From Caldilineaceae bacterium (GTDB lineage Bacteria; Chloroflexota; Anaerolineae; Caldilineales; Caldilineaceae): 59,615 nt of DNA. Positions 38,435 to 48,050 of this stretch are shown piece after piece. How positions within the stretch are numbered: the stretch's first letter is position 1; each line of letters begins with the position of its first letter. Under the pieces are notes generated by a model that was given only the letters and a program-made list of their open reading frames with translations, was not told where the DNA came from and ran no database searches. The translations under genes and the position numbers were made by a program. Location of the stretch: NCBI GenBank assembly GCA_046259705.1, contig JBJYXA010000173.1:4998-64612 (forward strand). The letters run 5' to 3'.

Positions 38435-39565
38435 CTACCGTCGGTTGGTCAATTGGTGGATCTTTTCGCGGGTTTCGCGCCACGATATCTTGCTCAAACC
38501 CAGCTTCTGACGAAGCTGTTCTTCGGGCAATCCATGCCGGTAGTCGATGACCGCAGCGGTCCAGCGCAGCGTCTCGAATCCTACCTGTCCGGATCGAATG
38601 CCGGCCCGCTCTCCAACATCGCGCAGAACATATTCTAGGTTCCGCGGCGTACATTCGAACAAATGCGTCGATGGCTTGTACTGCTCCAGGTACTGCTTCA
38701 GCGGCGGAACGATGTTGGGATGAAGCGTCAGTGTCCGATTCTTGTGCGAATTGCGCTCGTCAGCGTATTGGATGCGCACACTGGGTGAACTTTGGTGCGA
38801 CGCCTCTATATCCGAGATTAGCAGGTTAGCGCATTCCGCCTTTTTCATGCCTGTCTGCAGCAAAAGACTAACCAGAAGATACGGGCGCGCATCCGCCCTT
38901 GGCCGGTCCCAAAGATAGTCCTGAGCTGCGCGTACAACCCGGTTGACTTCATCATCGCGCAGGATAGTCGGCAGAGGGGTACGCGCGGATTGTTGAATCA
39001 CGGGTTCAGCAGGATCGCTGCCCAAAATGCCGACTCCGTAGAGCCAGCCGAAGAATACCTTGAGTGTCGTGATGCGTCGCGTGAGCGTCTTGGCGCTGCA
39101 AGGCTTGCCCCGGCCGCTTTGCAACCATTCCAGGTACTCGTCCAGGTCGCGCGTGCTGATACTCATCAGCTTCGTATCCGCGCCGGCATACTCCGTGAAG
39201 ATCTTCAGGTCGTTGCGAAACGCCTTGATCGTATTCTCGCTGAAACCCTTTCGCAGCATGTATTCGTCAAAGGCCTTGCCCGCTGTCTCAAGAGAGCTAT
39301 CCGCGCGTAACGGTGGGGGCAAGGCAATTTCAGGCTGGTCTTGACCGTCGCCGTCTGTCGCGCCGGCAGCAGCATCGGCGGCATGCGGCGACTCTGGCGT
39401 CTTGCCGTTACGCTGCTCGGGCTCCACATTCCTCGCCGCGCCGGCCGGCTCATCTATCTCCGCATGTGGCACGGACTCGGTTGCGTCCGAGACCTCTTGA
39501 TCCTGGACGGCATCCATGGAATGCCCGCTGGCGTGCGCGTGCTCATTCTGTTCTGTTGTCGACAT
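38435..39565 (-). CDS. Tyrosine recombinase (XerC/D-like) homolog with degenerate catalytic residues
   Basis: The SAM-like N-domain (AFRNDLKIFTEY) and the C-terminal integrase fold are recognisable. Box I reads TGMKKAE where GLRxxE is expected. Box II reads FETLRWTAAV...LGLSKISWRETREKIHQL, with no Tyr at the nucleophile position. The N-terminal 90 aa or so are acidic and low complexity. Confidence 0.65.
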   Translation of the reverse strand: MSTTEQNEHAHASGHSMDAVQDQEVSDATESVPHAEIDEPAGAARNVEPEQRNGKTPESPHAADAAAGATDGDGQDQPEIALPPPLRADSSLETAGKAFDEYMLRKGFSENTIKAFRNDLKIFTEYAGADTKLMSISTRDLDEYLEWLQSGRGKPCSAKTLTRRITTLKVFFGWLYGVGILGSDPAEPVIQQSARTPLPTILRDDEVNRVVRAAQDYLWDRPRADARPYLLVSLLLQTGMKKAECANLLISDIEASHQSSPSVRIQYADERNSHKNRTLTLHPNIVPPLKQYLEQYKPSTHLFECTPRNLEYVLRDVGERAGIRSGQVGFETLRWTAAVIDYRHGLPEEQLRQKLGLSKISWRETREKIHQLTNRR

Positions 39566-39765
39566 GGCTCAGCCCCCTGACGAGTGGTTCCGGGCAGAAT
39601 GCGGTCATGGAAGACGGCACGATCCGCAAACTTGTCTACGCAACGAACTTCGCATAGTTCATTTCGTATAGTTGGACAAGAGTATAGGGCTGTTTACCTG
39701 GGTTGTCAAGGAATTTCCCGGTAGTCGACAACGGCAAGACAGGAGACCCTCCGGGAATCAACAAG

Positions 39766-39801
39766 AATACAGGCGGGGATCACTTGACCCCCGCCTGTAT
39801 T
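39766..39801 (-). terminator. Strong hairpin downstream of hppA (terminator candidate)
   Basis: AATACAGGCGGGG (39766-39778) and CCCCGCCTGTATT (39789-39801) form a 13-bp perfect stem with a 10-nt loop. It lies about 55 nt past the hppA stop. The trailing sequence on the minus strand is only moderately T-rich. Confidence 0.5.
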
Positions 39802-39856
39802 CGACGGCTTGGTTGGCTGCCGAAACCCTATGCGAATGCGTACTTCTTGCGCACGC

Positions 39857-41908
39857 CTAGAAGAGACCTGAGCCAAATAGTCCAGCGAACACCAAGCTGA
39901 CGACGCTCATCAGCTTGATCAGAATGTTCAGCGACGGACCGCTGGTGTCCTTGAACGGATCGCCCACGGTGTCGCCCACGACGGCGGCCTTGTGGGCAGG
40001 GGAACCCTTTCCGCCCATCTCGCCGGTTTCGATCCATTTCTTGGCGTTGTCCCACGCGCCGCCGGAGTTGGCCATCATCACCGCCAGCATGAAGCCGGAA
40101 GCGATGGCGCCGACGAGCATACCGGCCAGCGCTTCGGCGCCCAGGATGAACCCGGTTGCCAACGGCACGATAATGGCCAGCAGGCCGGGGGCGATCATTT
40201 GCTGCAAAGCGCTCTTGGTGCTGATGGAGACGCATGTCCTGTAGTCCGGCTTGTTCTCACCTTCCATCAGCCCCGGGATCTCGCGGAACTGCCGGCGAAC
40301 CTCCAGAACGATCTCGTATGCTGCCTTGCCGACAGCCGTCATGGTTAGGGCAGAGAACAAGTATGGCATCATGGCGCCGATAATGATGCCCGGCAACATG
40401 GTCTTGTCGAGCATGTTCATCGTGAAGTCAGGATTGTTAATCTTGACCGCTTCGACGTATGCGGCCATTAGCGCTAGAGCCGTCAAGACCGCAGAGCCTA
40501 TGGCGAAGCCTTTGCCCGTCGCGGCGGTCGTATTGCCCAGACTGTCCAGCGCATCTGTGCGGTCGCGTACTTCTGGCGGCAGGTCCGACATCTCGGCCAG
40601 ACCGCCTGCGTTGTCGGCAACAGGGCCGTAGGCGTCACTGGCCAGCGTAACACCCAGCGTGCTCAGCATGCCGACGCCGGCGATGGCGACGGCAAAGAGT
40701 CCGCCCGATATCGAGCCCATGGTGGCGCCCGTGCCAAGCAAGAAGCTCAGAATGATCGCAAAGGCTACGATCAGGGCGGGCGGTACGGTACTAAGCATAC
40801 CTACCGCAAGACCTTGAATGATGAGGGTCGCGGAGCCGGTCTCGGATGCCTTTGCGATACCGCGCGTCGGCCGCGCATCGTAGGAGGTAAAGTACTCCGT
40901 GCTGAAGGCAATCGCGTTGCCGGCAATCAAGCCGATCAGGATTACGAGCCACCACCGCCACCCGGCATCCGCATAAATGACGATTATTGCGGATAACACG
41001 AGAACGATTACTGAGGCGCCATAGATCGCCTTGCGCAGTGCGTTGAGCAGATCTTGTTGGGTTGCGCCCTCATCTGTCTTCACGAGGAAGCTGCCGATGA
41101 TGGACGCAATGATGCCAACCGATGCAACGACGAACGGGAGCGTGACCAGGGCGTTGAACGACCCTGTTGCCAACGCAATGCCGGCGCCCAGGGCTGCAGC
41201 AGCGATGATGGAACCACTGTAGCTCTCGAACAGGTCGGCGCCCATGCCGGCCACGTCGCCCACGTTGTCGCCGACGTTGTCGGCAATAGTGGCCGGGTTG
41301 CGAGGATCGTCCTCGGGAATGCCCTGCTCAACTTTGCCGACCAGATCAGCGCCTACATCAGCAGCCTTGGTGTAGATACCGCCGCCGACACGGGCGAACA
41401 GGGCAATGCTGCTCGCGCCGAAGCTAAAGCCGACCACATAGGTCACATCGCCGCCAAAGATGAGGTACATGACCGAGATACCGATTAGGCTGAAGGAAAC
41501 GACGGCCATCCCCATAATCGTCCCGCTGCTGAACGCGACATTCAGCCCTTCATTCAGGCTACGCATGCATGCCGAGGTCGTGCGAATATTAGCGCGTACT
41601 GCGGTCCACATGCCCAGGTAGCCGGCCGCCGCGGAAGCGAGCGCGCCTGTCACGAAACAGACGGCAGTCTGCCAGTCGATGAAGAAGGCAATGACGGCTG
41701 CCACAACGACAACGAAGATCGCGAGATAGGTGTATTCGCGATTCAGGAACGCCGAGGCGCCTTCCTGCACGGCATGGGAGATCTCCCGCATCGTGTCGTT
41801 GCCTGTATCCTTCTTAAGCAGCTCGAGCAGCGTGTACACCACGAATGCCACACCGGCAATCCCCACAACGAGGGAGATAACGACAGGTACAACTTCGACA
41901 GTAGACAA
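39857..41908 (-). CDS. hppA: Membrane-bound proton/sodium-translocating pyrophosphatase
   Basis: 683 aa and polytopic, with [19 protein letters not shown] and DNVGDNVGD motifs. The TTG start is preceded by GAGGAGG. Confidence 0.95.
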   Translation of the reverse strand: MSTVEVVPVVISLVVGIAGVAFVVYTLLELLKKDTGNDTMREISHAVQEGASAFLNREYTYLAIFVVVVAAVIAFFIDWQTAVCFVTGALASAAAGYLGMWTAVRANIRTTSACMRSLNEGLNVAFSSGTIMGMAVVSFSLIGISVMYLIFGGDVTYVVGFSFGASSIALFARVGGGIYTKAADVGADLVGKVEQGIPEDDPRNPATIADNVGDNVGDVAGMGADLFESYSGSIIAAAALGAGIALATGSFNALVTLPFVVASVGIIASIIGSFLVKTDEGATQQDLLNALRKAIYGASVIVLVLSAIIVIYADAGWRWWLVILIGLIAGNAIAFSTEYFTSYDARPTRGIAKASETGSATLIIQGLAVGMLSTVPPALIVAFAIILSFLLGTGATMGSISGGLFAVAIAGVGMLSTLGVTLASDAYGPVADNAGGLAEMSDLPPEVRDRTDALDSLGNTTAATGKGFAIGSAVLTALALMAAYVEAVKINNPDFTMNMLDKTMLPGIIIGAMMPYLFSALTMTAVGKAAYEIVLEVRRQFREIPGLMEGENKPDYRTCVSISTKSALQQMIAPGLLAIIVPLATGFILGAEALAGMLVGAIASGFMLAVMMANSGGAWDNAKKWIETGEMGGKGSPAHKAAVVGDTVGDPFKDTSGPSLNILIKLMSVVSLVFAGLFGSGLF

Positions 41909-42421
41909 CTTTTTCCTCCTCTGGGATAAACAGTTTTAGTGTTTCGCAAAGTGCGAATGCTGGCTACGGGTATTGACGGACGCTAGGTCGGGCCGGACAG
42001 CCTCCCAAATTTGCCAGCCATAGAAGTACCGAAACCAGCCTGACGATTGAAAAATGCATAAGAGGTCAGAAGCGGGGGTTTCGTCGCCTTTGACGAAACA
42101 TTCACTGGCCTGTCCAGGGGCGGACAGGAACTGCTAGACGGGCTACCCAACCATAGGCTGCTCGCTGCGCCTGCTACGAATGATGCAAATGGTTCCACGC
42201 ATTTCAGTCCGGTGGGGTGGTATCGCAATAGCGGGCCTATGTCGACTTACAAATATCACGCTGCCCTGCGGAAAATGCACACAGGTTGACCCGCGCGAGA
42301 ATCGGAAACTACAGAAGCGCTGAGACATTGTGAACCCTATCACAACGCCTCATCTGATATTGTAAAATGCGAGACGGGTCCGGTCAAATTTCAGAGCCCG
42401 CGGCCATAGCACGATAGTCCA

Positions 42422-42495
42422 TCGCCGGCGACAGCGAAGAGTCCGCCTGCCGGTTGTTGGCCGGTTGCAGCGATGCTACAATTCGCCGGCGACAG
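42422..42495 (+). promoter_or_regulatory. Candidate nifS promoter flanked by twin palindromic sites
   Basis: TTGTTG (42454-42459), a 17-nt spacer and TACAAT (42477-42482) form a sigma-70-like promoter. An exact 13-nt direct repeat TCGCCGGCGACAG occurs at 42422-42434 and 42483-42495. Each copy contains the 10-bp perfect palindrome TCGCCGGCGA. Confidence 0.4.
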
Positions 42496-42521
42496 ATACT
42501 TGACTTTCTAGGGGTGAACCA

Positions 42522-43703
42522 ATGTCAAACGAACGACGGCCTATCTATATGGATCACTCGGCAACGACGCCCGTTCGCGCCGAGGCGCTAGCGGCCATGG
42601 AGCCCTATTTCGCAGAATTCTACGGGAATCCTTCGAGCATGCACAGCTTTGGCCGGAGGAGCAAAGTCGTCCTTGAGGAAGCGCGCCGTACGATCGCCGG
42701 CGTCATCGGCGCCAAGCCGCGAGAAGTGATATTTACCGGGTGTGGTTCGGAAAGCGATAACGCCGCATTGCGGGGCATTGCCATCGCCCGCCGTGAGAAA
42801 ATGGGCGCCAACCGCATCATCACATCGCCTATCGAACACGAGGCCGTCCTGTATACAGCGGAGGATATGCGGGATCATTACGGTTTTGACCTCGCTCTTC
42901 TTCCCGTCGACGGCGAAGGCCGCGTCAATCCGGCAGCACTGGCCCAGCTTTTGGGCGACGGTTCAGACGTTGCGCTCGTGAGCGTGATGTATGTCAACAA
43001 CGAAGTCGGAACTGTGCAACCAATTGCTGAACTTGGCGCAACCTGTCACGAACGCGGCGTGCCATTCCACAGTGATGCGGTACAGGCCGCAGGAAAGCTC
43101 CCACTCAATGTGGATGACCTGAACGTAGACGCATTGAGCGTCAGCGCTCACAAGTTCTACGGCCCAAAAGGCGTGGGCTTTCTCTACCTACGTAGTGGCA
43201 CCCCCTATTTGTCCTACCTGGTCGGAGGCGGGCACGAAAACGGACACCGTGCCGGCACGGAAAATGTGGCGTTCATTACTGCGATGGCTACTGCGCTTGT
43301 ACTTGGCGAACAGGAGCGAGAGGAGGAAGCGGATCGTCTCCGTACATTGCGTGACCAGCTAATCGGCGGGATCTTGGAAGGCGTCGACGGAGCGCGACTG
43401 ACGGGCTCGCGCGAGCACCGTCTGGCCAATCACGCCAGCTTCGTGATCGAAGGCGTGGAAGCAGAGGGATTTCTTATTGGTCTGGACATGGCCGGGGTCG
43501 CTGCCAGCAGCGGAAGTGCTTGCACCAGTGGCGCACAGGAGCCCAGTCACGTGCTAACTGCCATGGGCGTTCCGGCCTCGGATGCGGTCGGGGCCCTGCG
43601 GCTTACTCTGGGGCGAAGCAGCAGCCCGGAGGATGTCGCCTACGTCGTAGACACGCTACCTAGGATAATCCACGAGATACGCGGTGGCGCCTCCGCTCAT
43701 TAG
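42522..43703 (+). CDS. Cysteine desulfurase, NifS/IscS family (class V aminotransferase)
   Basis: It has the PLP-lysine motif SAHKFYGPKGVG and the active-site loop SSGSACTSG. Length is 393 aa. Confidence 0.9.
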   Translation: MSNERRPIYMDHSATTPVRAEALAAMEPYFAEFYGNPSSMHSFGRRSKVVLEEARRTIAGVIGAKPREVIFTGCGSESDNAALRGIAIARREKMGANRIITSPIEHEAVLYTAEDMRDHYGFDLALLPVDGEGRVNPAALAQLLGDGSDVALVSVMYVNNEVGTVQPIAELGATCHERGVPFHSDAVQAAGKLPLNVDDLNVDALSVSAHKFYGPKGVGFLYLRSGTPYLSYLVGGGHENGHRAGTENVAFITAMATALVLGEQEREEEADRLRTLRDQLIGGILEGVDGARLTGSREHRLANHASFVIEGVEAEGFLIGLDMAGVAASSGSACTSGAQEPSHVLTAMGVPASDAVGALRLTLGRSSSPEDVAYVVDTLPRIIHEIRGGASAH

Positions 43704-43742
43704 TCGGCCCGGACACAATCGAGTAATAAAGTGTGGTACCCG

Positions 43743-44201
43743 TCACCTGTCGCCGGCCGACTCTGCCTTCCACGCGGCGGCTATTGTCCTGAATATGTCC
43801 GTCTCGGTGACGATGCCGGCAAGTCGCTTGCGGCCAGGTCGTGCAGCATCGGGTTCCACGACAGGGGCGCCCCCAACTTTGTTCTCAATGAGAATTGCCG
43901 CCAGTTCTCCCACCGTAGCGTCTGGCGAGACCGTAACGAGTTCTGTCGTCATGATGTCGGCAACGGTCAACCAGCGGGGATCCGTTTGCGGATCGTAGCT
44001 ACTCAGCATACTGTCCACGGTCTCCGCCTCGCGTATGTCGCTGTCGGTGACGATACCGATGAGACAGCCCTCATCGTCCACGACGGGAAGATGGCGTATG
44101 CCGTGTGTCTCCATGGTTTCGGCCGCATCTACCGCCAGTTCGTCCGGGCCAGCCGTGACCACATCCGACGTCATGATCTTCCGTACAGGAAGTCTGTGCA
44201 T
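43743..44201 (-). CDS. CBS domain pair protein
   Basis: Two CBS motifs are present (IMTSDVVT...HLPVVD; IMTTELVTV...GGAPVV). The start is set at the internal MHRLPVRKIM, while the ORF track starts at 44297. Confidence 0.7.
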   Translation of the reverse strand: MHRLPVRKIMTSDVVTAGPDELAVDAAETMETHGIRHLPVVDDEGCLIGIVTDSDIREAETVDSMLSSYDPQTDPRWLTVADIMTTELVTVSPDATVGELAAILIENKVGGAPVVEPDAARPGRKRLAGIVTETDIFRTIAAAWKAESAGDR

Positions 44202-44366
44202 TTGGGACCTCTGTGCTCTGACCGTCGCTCCTGGAAGCCGGAATCCTCGTCGTCTCGAGAGGGCCGTGTTTGTGCGCATACACCGGACCGTGGCCATTAT
44301 ACCATGGCGGTTTATGATAAGATTCTCCGCGAAACGGCTCCATGAAAGGCGACTCGGAGGGACGAG

Positions 44367-45155
44367 ATGAGAAAAATCTTTGGCGGGATAAGGATAGGGC
44401 TTGCAGTGTTTGTTATTGCCCTGGCCGCACTGAGCGTGGCTGTGACCAGCTTAGTTCCGGTCAAGATTCGCGGCATCCCGCTAACATCGTGGTCGGTGTT
44501 TGCGGTGATCCATTTCCTCTGCTTTATTTTCCGCATACGTGTCCACTGCACCGACATGGCTCGCATCCGTTCCCATGGGGGCCTCGTTTTCCCGAATCAT
44601 GTGTCGGCGCTCGATATCGTTGTGCTATATTATTGCCTGCCCATGCGCTTTCTGGCGGCTCATGACGTGCGCGATCGTCCCCTTATCGGATTCACTGCCA
44701 AGCATATAGGGTCCATGTTCGTGGAGCGCGAAAACCCTCGTTCCCGGGTAGCTGCCAGCAAGGAGATCGCACGGACCCTTAAGGAGAGCGATAGACCACC
44801 CGTAGCCCTATTTCCCGAAGGACGACTTGGCCCGGGTGACACGCTTTTTCCGTTCCGCCACGGCGCGTTTCGGATAGCAGTCGAGGGCGGCATTCCGTAC
44901 ATGCCATGTGCAATACGCTACCAGCCGTTGGAGTTGGTCCTATGGCGCGCCGCCGCCGAAGGCGAAGGAATGTGGTCCTCCATTTGGCGCATGGTGCAGT
45001 ACACAGGTCATGTCGATGTAGACGTCATTCCGCTGGACGTCGTGCATCCACGCCCTGACGACAGTGCAAAGGCGCTCTCGGACAAGGCGCGCCAGGATAT
45101 CGCGGACGCCCTGGGACTTCCCTTGGATACCTCAGAAGATGGCGTCACCGCATAG
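44367..45155 (+). CDS. 1-acyl-sn-glycerol-3-phosphate acyltransferase family (PlsC-like)
   Basis: It has an N-terminal TM segment, the HX4D motif (FPNHVSALD) and FPEGR. Confidence 0.75.
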   Translation: MRKIFGGIRIGLAVFVIALAALSVAVTSLVPVKIRGIPLTSWSVFAVIHFLCFIFRIRVHCTDMARIRSHGGLVFPNHVSALDIVVLYYCLPMRFLAAHDVRDRPLIGFTAKHIGSMFVERENPRSRVAASKEIARTLKESDRPPVALFPEGRLGPGDTLFPFRHGAFRIAVEGGIPYMPCAIRYQPLELVLWRAAAEGEGMWSSIWRMVQYTGHVDVDVIPLDVVHPRPDDSAKALSDKARQDIADALGLPLDTSEDGVTA

Positions 45156-45162
45156 ACGGGCT

Positions 45163-46320
45163 CTAGACCGCGCGTTCCTCCAGCCACTCCTTGGTGATCT
45201 CCAGGCCGAACCCCGGTGCATTGCTGGGGCGCACACTGCCGTTCTGGATCGCCGGCGTACCGGGAAGCAACGTCATCTCTTCCAGTGGAACGCCCGGCGC
45301 TGATACGCCCTCAGAGCGTTCACCCCATTCGATCGCGGGCATGGCATAGGCCAGATGCTGGCCGAAGGGATAGTTCATGCCCGCGTGCGTGATGACGCTG
45401 AGTCCTGCAGCCTCAGCAATGTGGCATATCCTAATTGCCGACGTAATCCCTCCTGCCCACAAAACATCCGGCTGCAGTATATCGACCACATGGTCGTTCG
45501 CAGCTTCGGCGAACTTAGTTGGAAGATACCAGTGTTCGCCCGATGCCAAGGTCTGCCATGGCACGCGTTCGCGAACAACAGCATAGCCTGCCGAATCGTC
45601 GGAGCGTACGTAGTCTTCTAGCCACTTGAGACCGTAGGGACGCACCATCTCGGCCAAACGCACCGTGTATTCCACATCCATCGAGAGCCAGCAATCCAGC
45701 ATCAGTTCCACGTCATTGCCCACAGTTTCACGCGTTTCGGCGACCAGCTCCACATTGCGCTGCAGACCGTTCAGCCCGTCTTGCGGGCCATAGGGGGTGA
45801 AGATTTTTGTAGCCTTGAAGCCCAGTTCCATGTACCATGCACTGTCAAAACCCGTGGCGTAACAGGGGATAGACTCCTTCTGAGGGCCGCCAAGCAGTTC
45901 GTAGACCGGCCGCCCGAGTAGCTTGCCTTTGAGGTCCCATAGGGCGACGTCGACCGCGCTGATCGCATAGCTGGTCAGGCCGGTAGCTCCGAAGGCGGCA
46001 CTGGCGCGCACCATCGCATCCCAGTGCCTTTCCGTTGCCATGCAATTTTGCCCCTCCAACAGGGGAGCAAAAAGGTCGTTGATTATGCGTACGATCGGGC
46101 CGCCATGTATCGTGATGCCGAATCCCCACGTCCCGTCGTCAGCTTCGACGATGCAGGCCGCACGCGGCCACGAGCGGGGAAAGCCCAATTTACTTTGATC
46201 TGGATATCGGTCGAGCGGCCGCCCCATGCGATACATCTCATTGCGGCTTGGTTCGCGCGGTTTCGTGATTGGACTGGCAACTAACCCAATCTCGACTGCT
46301 TTGATCTGTTTGATGTTCAT
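45163..46320 (-). CDS. Enolase-superfamily sugar-acid dehydratase, L-rhamnonate dehydratase-like
   Basis: VDVALWDLKGKLLGRPVYELLGG, LMLDCWLSMDVEYTVRLA...YGLKWLED and SGEH...DILQPDV closely parallel the corresponding E. coli RhmD segments. Confidence 0.75.
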   Translation of the reverse strand: MNIKQIKAVEIGLVASPITKPREPSRNEMYRMGRPLDRYPDQSKLGFPRSWPRAACIVEADDGTWGFGITIHGGPIVRIINDLFAPLLEGQNCMATERHWDAMVRASAAFGATGLTSYAISAVDVALWDLKGKLLGRPVYELLGGPQKESIPCYATGFDSAWYMELGFKATKIFTPYGPQDGLNGLQRNVELVAETRETVGNDVELMLDCWLSMDVEYTVRLAEMVRPYGLKWLEDYVRSDDSAGYAVVRERVPWQTLASGEHWYLPTKFAEAANDHVVDILQPDVLWAGGITSAIRICHIAEAAGLSVITHAGMNYPFGQHLAYAMPAIEWGERSEGVSAPGVPLEEMTLLPGTPAIQNGSVRPSNAPGFGLEITKEWLEERAV

Positions 46321-46487
46321 TCTGACTCATCTCCGTTGGGAGCGGTGGGTGACGGCGTGGCCGCTGTGCCGACTGTCATCCGCTAGGCCGGCCGCTGTGG
46401 CGGCTTGACCCCGCAAAACTATCTGGCTAAGCCGCCAGCACTTGTATACGCGTAGAAATGACAAACCTGAAAAGGAGCAACCTGCGC

Positions 46488-47600
46488 CTAGGAGACTTCG
46501 ATGCCTTCACCCGCAACGACGTCGCCAATCTCCCAGCATTGCAGACGTCGCTTGAAGGCTGTCTGGCGGAAGCGGTCCAGTTCGTGTTCTGGGACGGCGA
46601 GCAACAATCCGCCACTTGTTTCCGCCTCCCACATCAACGTTCGAATAGGCATGGGCACATCCGGCGCAAAATGCACGTGCTCGCCGAACTCGCTCGGGTT
46701 GAGCGTTGAGCCTCGAGTCAGGTAGCCGGCCTCTATGTACTTGCGCACTCCGGAAAGCGCCGGTACTTCCGCTGATCGAATCCTCAGTGCGGCGCCGGTT
46801 TCGGTACTACTGGCTATGGCCATTTCAGCAGCGTGACCAAGTAGTCCGAACCCGGTTATGTCCGTAGCGCCGCGCACATTCGCCTCTTGAGCCACCTGGC
46901 TCGCGGTACGATTGAGATTCAGCATGGAAATGACTGCCGCGTCCAGATCATGCACGTCTATATCCGGTTTGCCTTCCATGCGCCTTTCTGCGCGGTGTTC
47001 CTGTGTCTCGCCCCTGCCTGCAACCTTGGCTGCCGTGGTGATAATGCCGGTGCCAAGCGGTTTGGTCAGGAACAGTCTGTCGCCTGGACGGGCGCCGCCT
47101 TTGCGCATTATGCGCGACGGGTCCACCCAGCCTGTTACGCTTAGGCCGTAGAAAGGTTCCGGACTGACGACTGTGTGCCCGCCGGTAATGGCCGCCTTGG
47201 CCTCGCGTACTTTCGTTGCGCCGCCTGCGAAAATCTGCACGATGTAGTCGTTGGGAAATTCATTGGGGAAGCCGGCGACATTCAGACATGCGACGACATC
47301 ACCACCCATGGCATAGACGTCGCTCATCGCGTTCACTGCGGCAATAGCGCCGAAGGTCCAAGGATCGTCTACCACCGGAGTAAAGAAGTCCACCGTCTTG
47401 ATCAGCGCCCGCGACTCGTCGATGCGGATAACGGCTGCATCATCCGGTTCGCCCAGGCCAATCAGGACTTCGGGGTATTCAGTTGCCGGAAAGAATCCGG
47501 CTAGTTGTCGCACGACCTGCGACAATGTCCCTGGCGGGAGCTTAGACGCTCAACCCGCACAAGCGACAGTGGCGGTCAGTGCCAACTCGTCTTCAGACAA
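46488..47600 (-). CDS. selD: Selenide, water dikinase (selenophosphate synthetase), Sec-containing form with TGA at 47550..47552
   Basis: ORF-track ORF 46488..47525 has a SelD body (DDAAVIRI, AIAAVNAMSDVYAMGG, PurM-like fold) but lacks the catalytic N-terminus. Reading upstream in frame through TGA gives M(TTG 47600)SEDELALTATVACAG-U-ASKLPPGTLSQVV. This places U at residue 17 and K at residue 20, the positions of Cys17 and Lys20 in E. coli SelD. GAGGA lies 7 nt upstream of the TTG, and an in-frame TAG at 47619-47621 bounds the ORF. Confidence 0.8.
47505..47525 (-). promoter_or_regulatory. SECIS-like hairpin inside selD
   Basis: The minus-strand RNA is UUGUCGCA-GGUCG-UGCGACAA, an 8-bp perfect stem with a 5-nt loop. 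The stem starts 24 nt 3' of the UGA, putting the loop 32 nt 3' of it. GCAGGUC(G)UGC resembles the apical part of the E. coli fdhF SECIS (GCAGGUCUGC). Confidence 0.55.
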
Positions 47601-48050
47601 TTTACTTTCCTCAATGAACTAGATGGCTGATTCGGGGCGTAGACGTAAGGCACACTTTCCTAAGCACTGCTGCTACGGGTCGCCCTCTAGCCCCCTCGAT
47701 GGAACTCTTTACATCAACGGGATTCTAGAACGCAACCGAGAATACGCCAAGATTTGTGGTCCGATGCATTGCCTCGACGAGAATCCTGCAGGCGTAAGAA
47801 TACGCCCATGAAGCTATGGCTAAGGCGTGTGGTCCGCGAAGCACACGCAAGCGCAATGGCTTTGCCGGCAAGGCGCGATTCCGAGTATATTATGTTGCAT
47901 CTCTGATGGCGAGTTCGCTTCACTAAGGGCAAGTGATGCCCTACATAGATCCCGTTGGCAACAGGTCAGATCTGCACGTATCCAGATCCGTGCGCATCGA
48001 GTGGTGCCTTTATCCATGCCGCAAGAGTACACGAATTGGGAGACTTACGC

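Noticed and set aside
47601-48050. tRNA-Sec (selC) or another tRNA in the 450-nt region upstream of selD, and in other intergenic gaps
   Set aside because: No cloverleaf-compatible segment was seen. There was no T-loop GTTCGAATC-like motif and no CTTCAAA anticodon-loop context. Only short generic hairpins appear (GGCGTA-AGAA-TACGCC; GCGTGTG-N10-CACACGC). A tRNAscan-SE/ARAGORN run would settle this.
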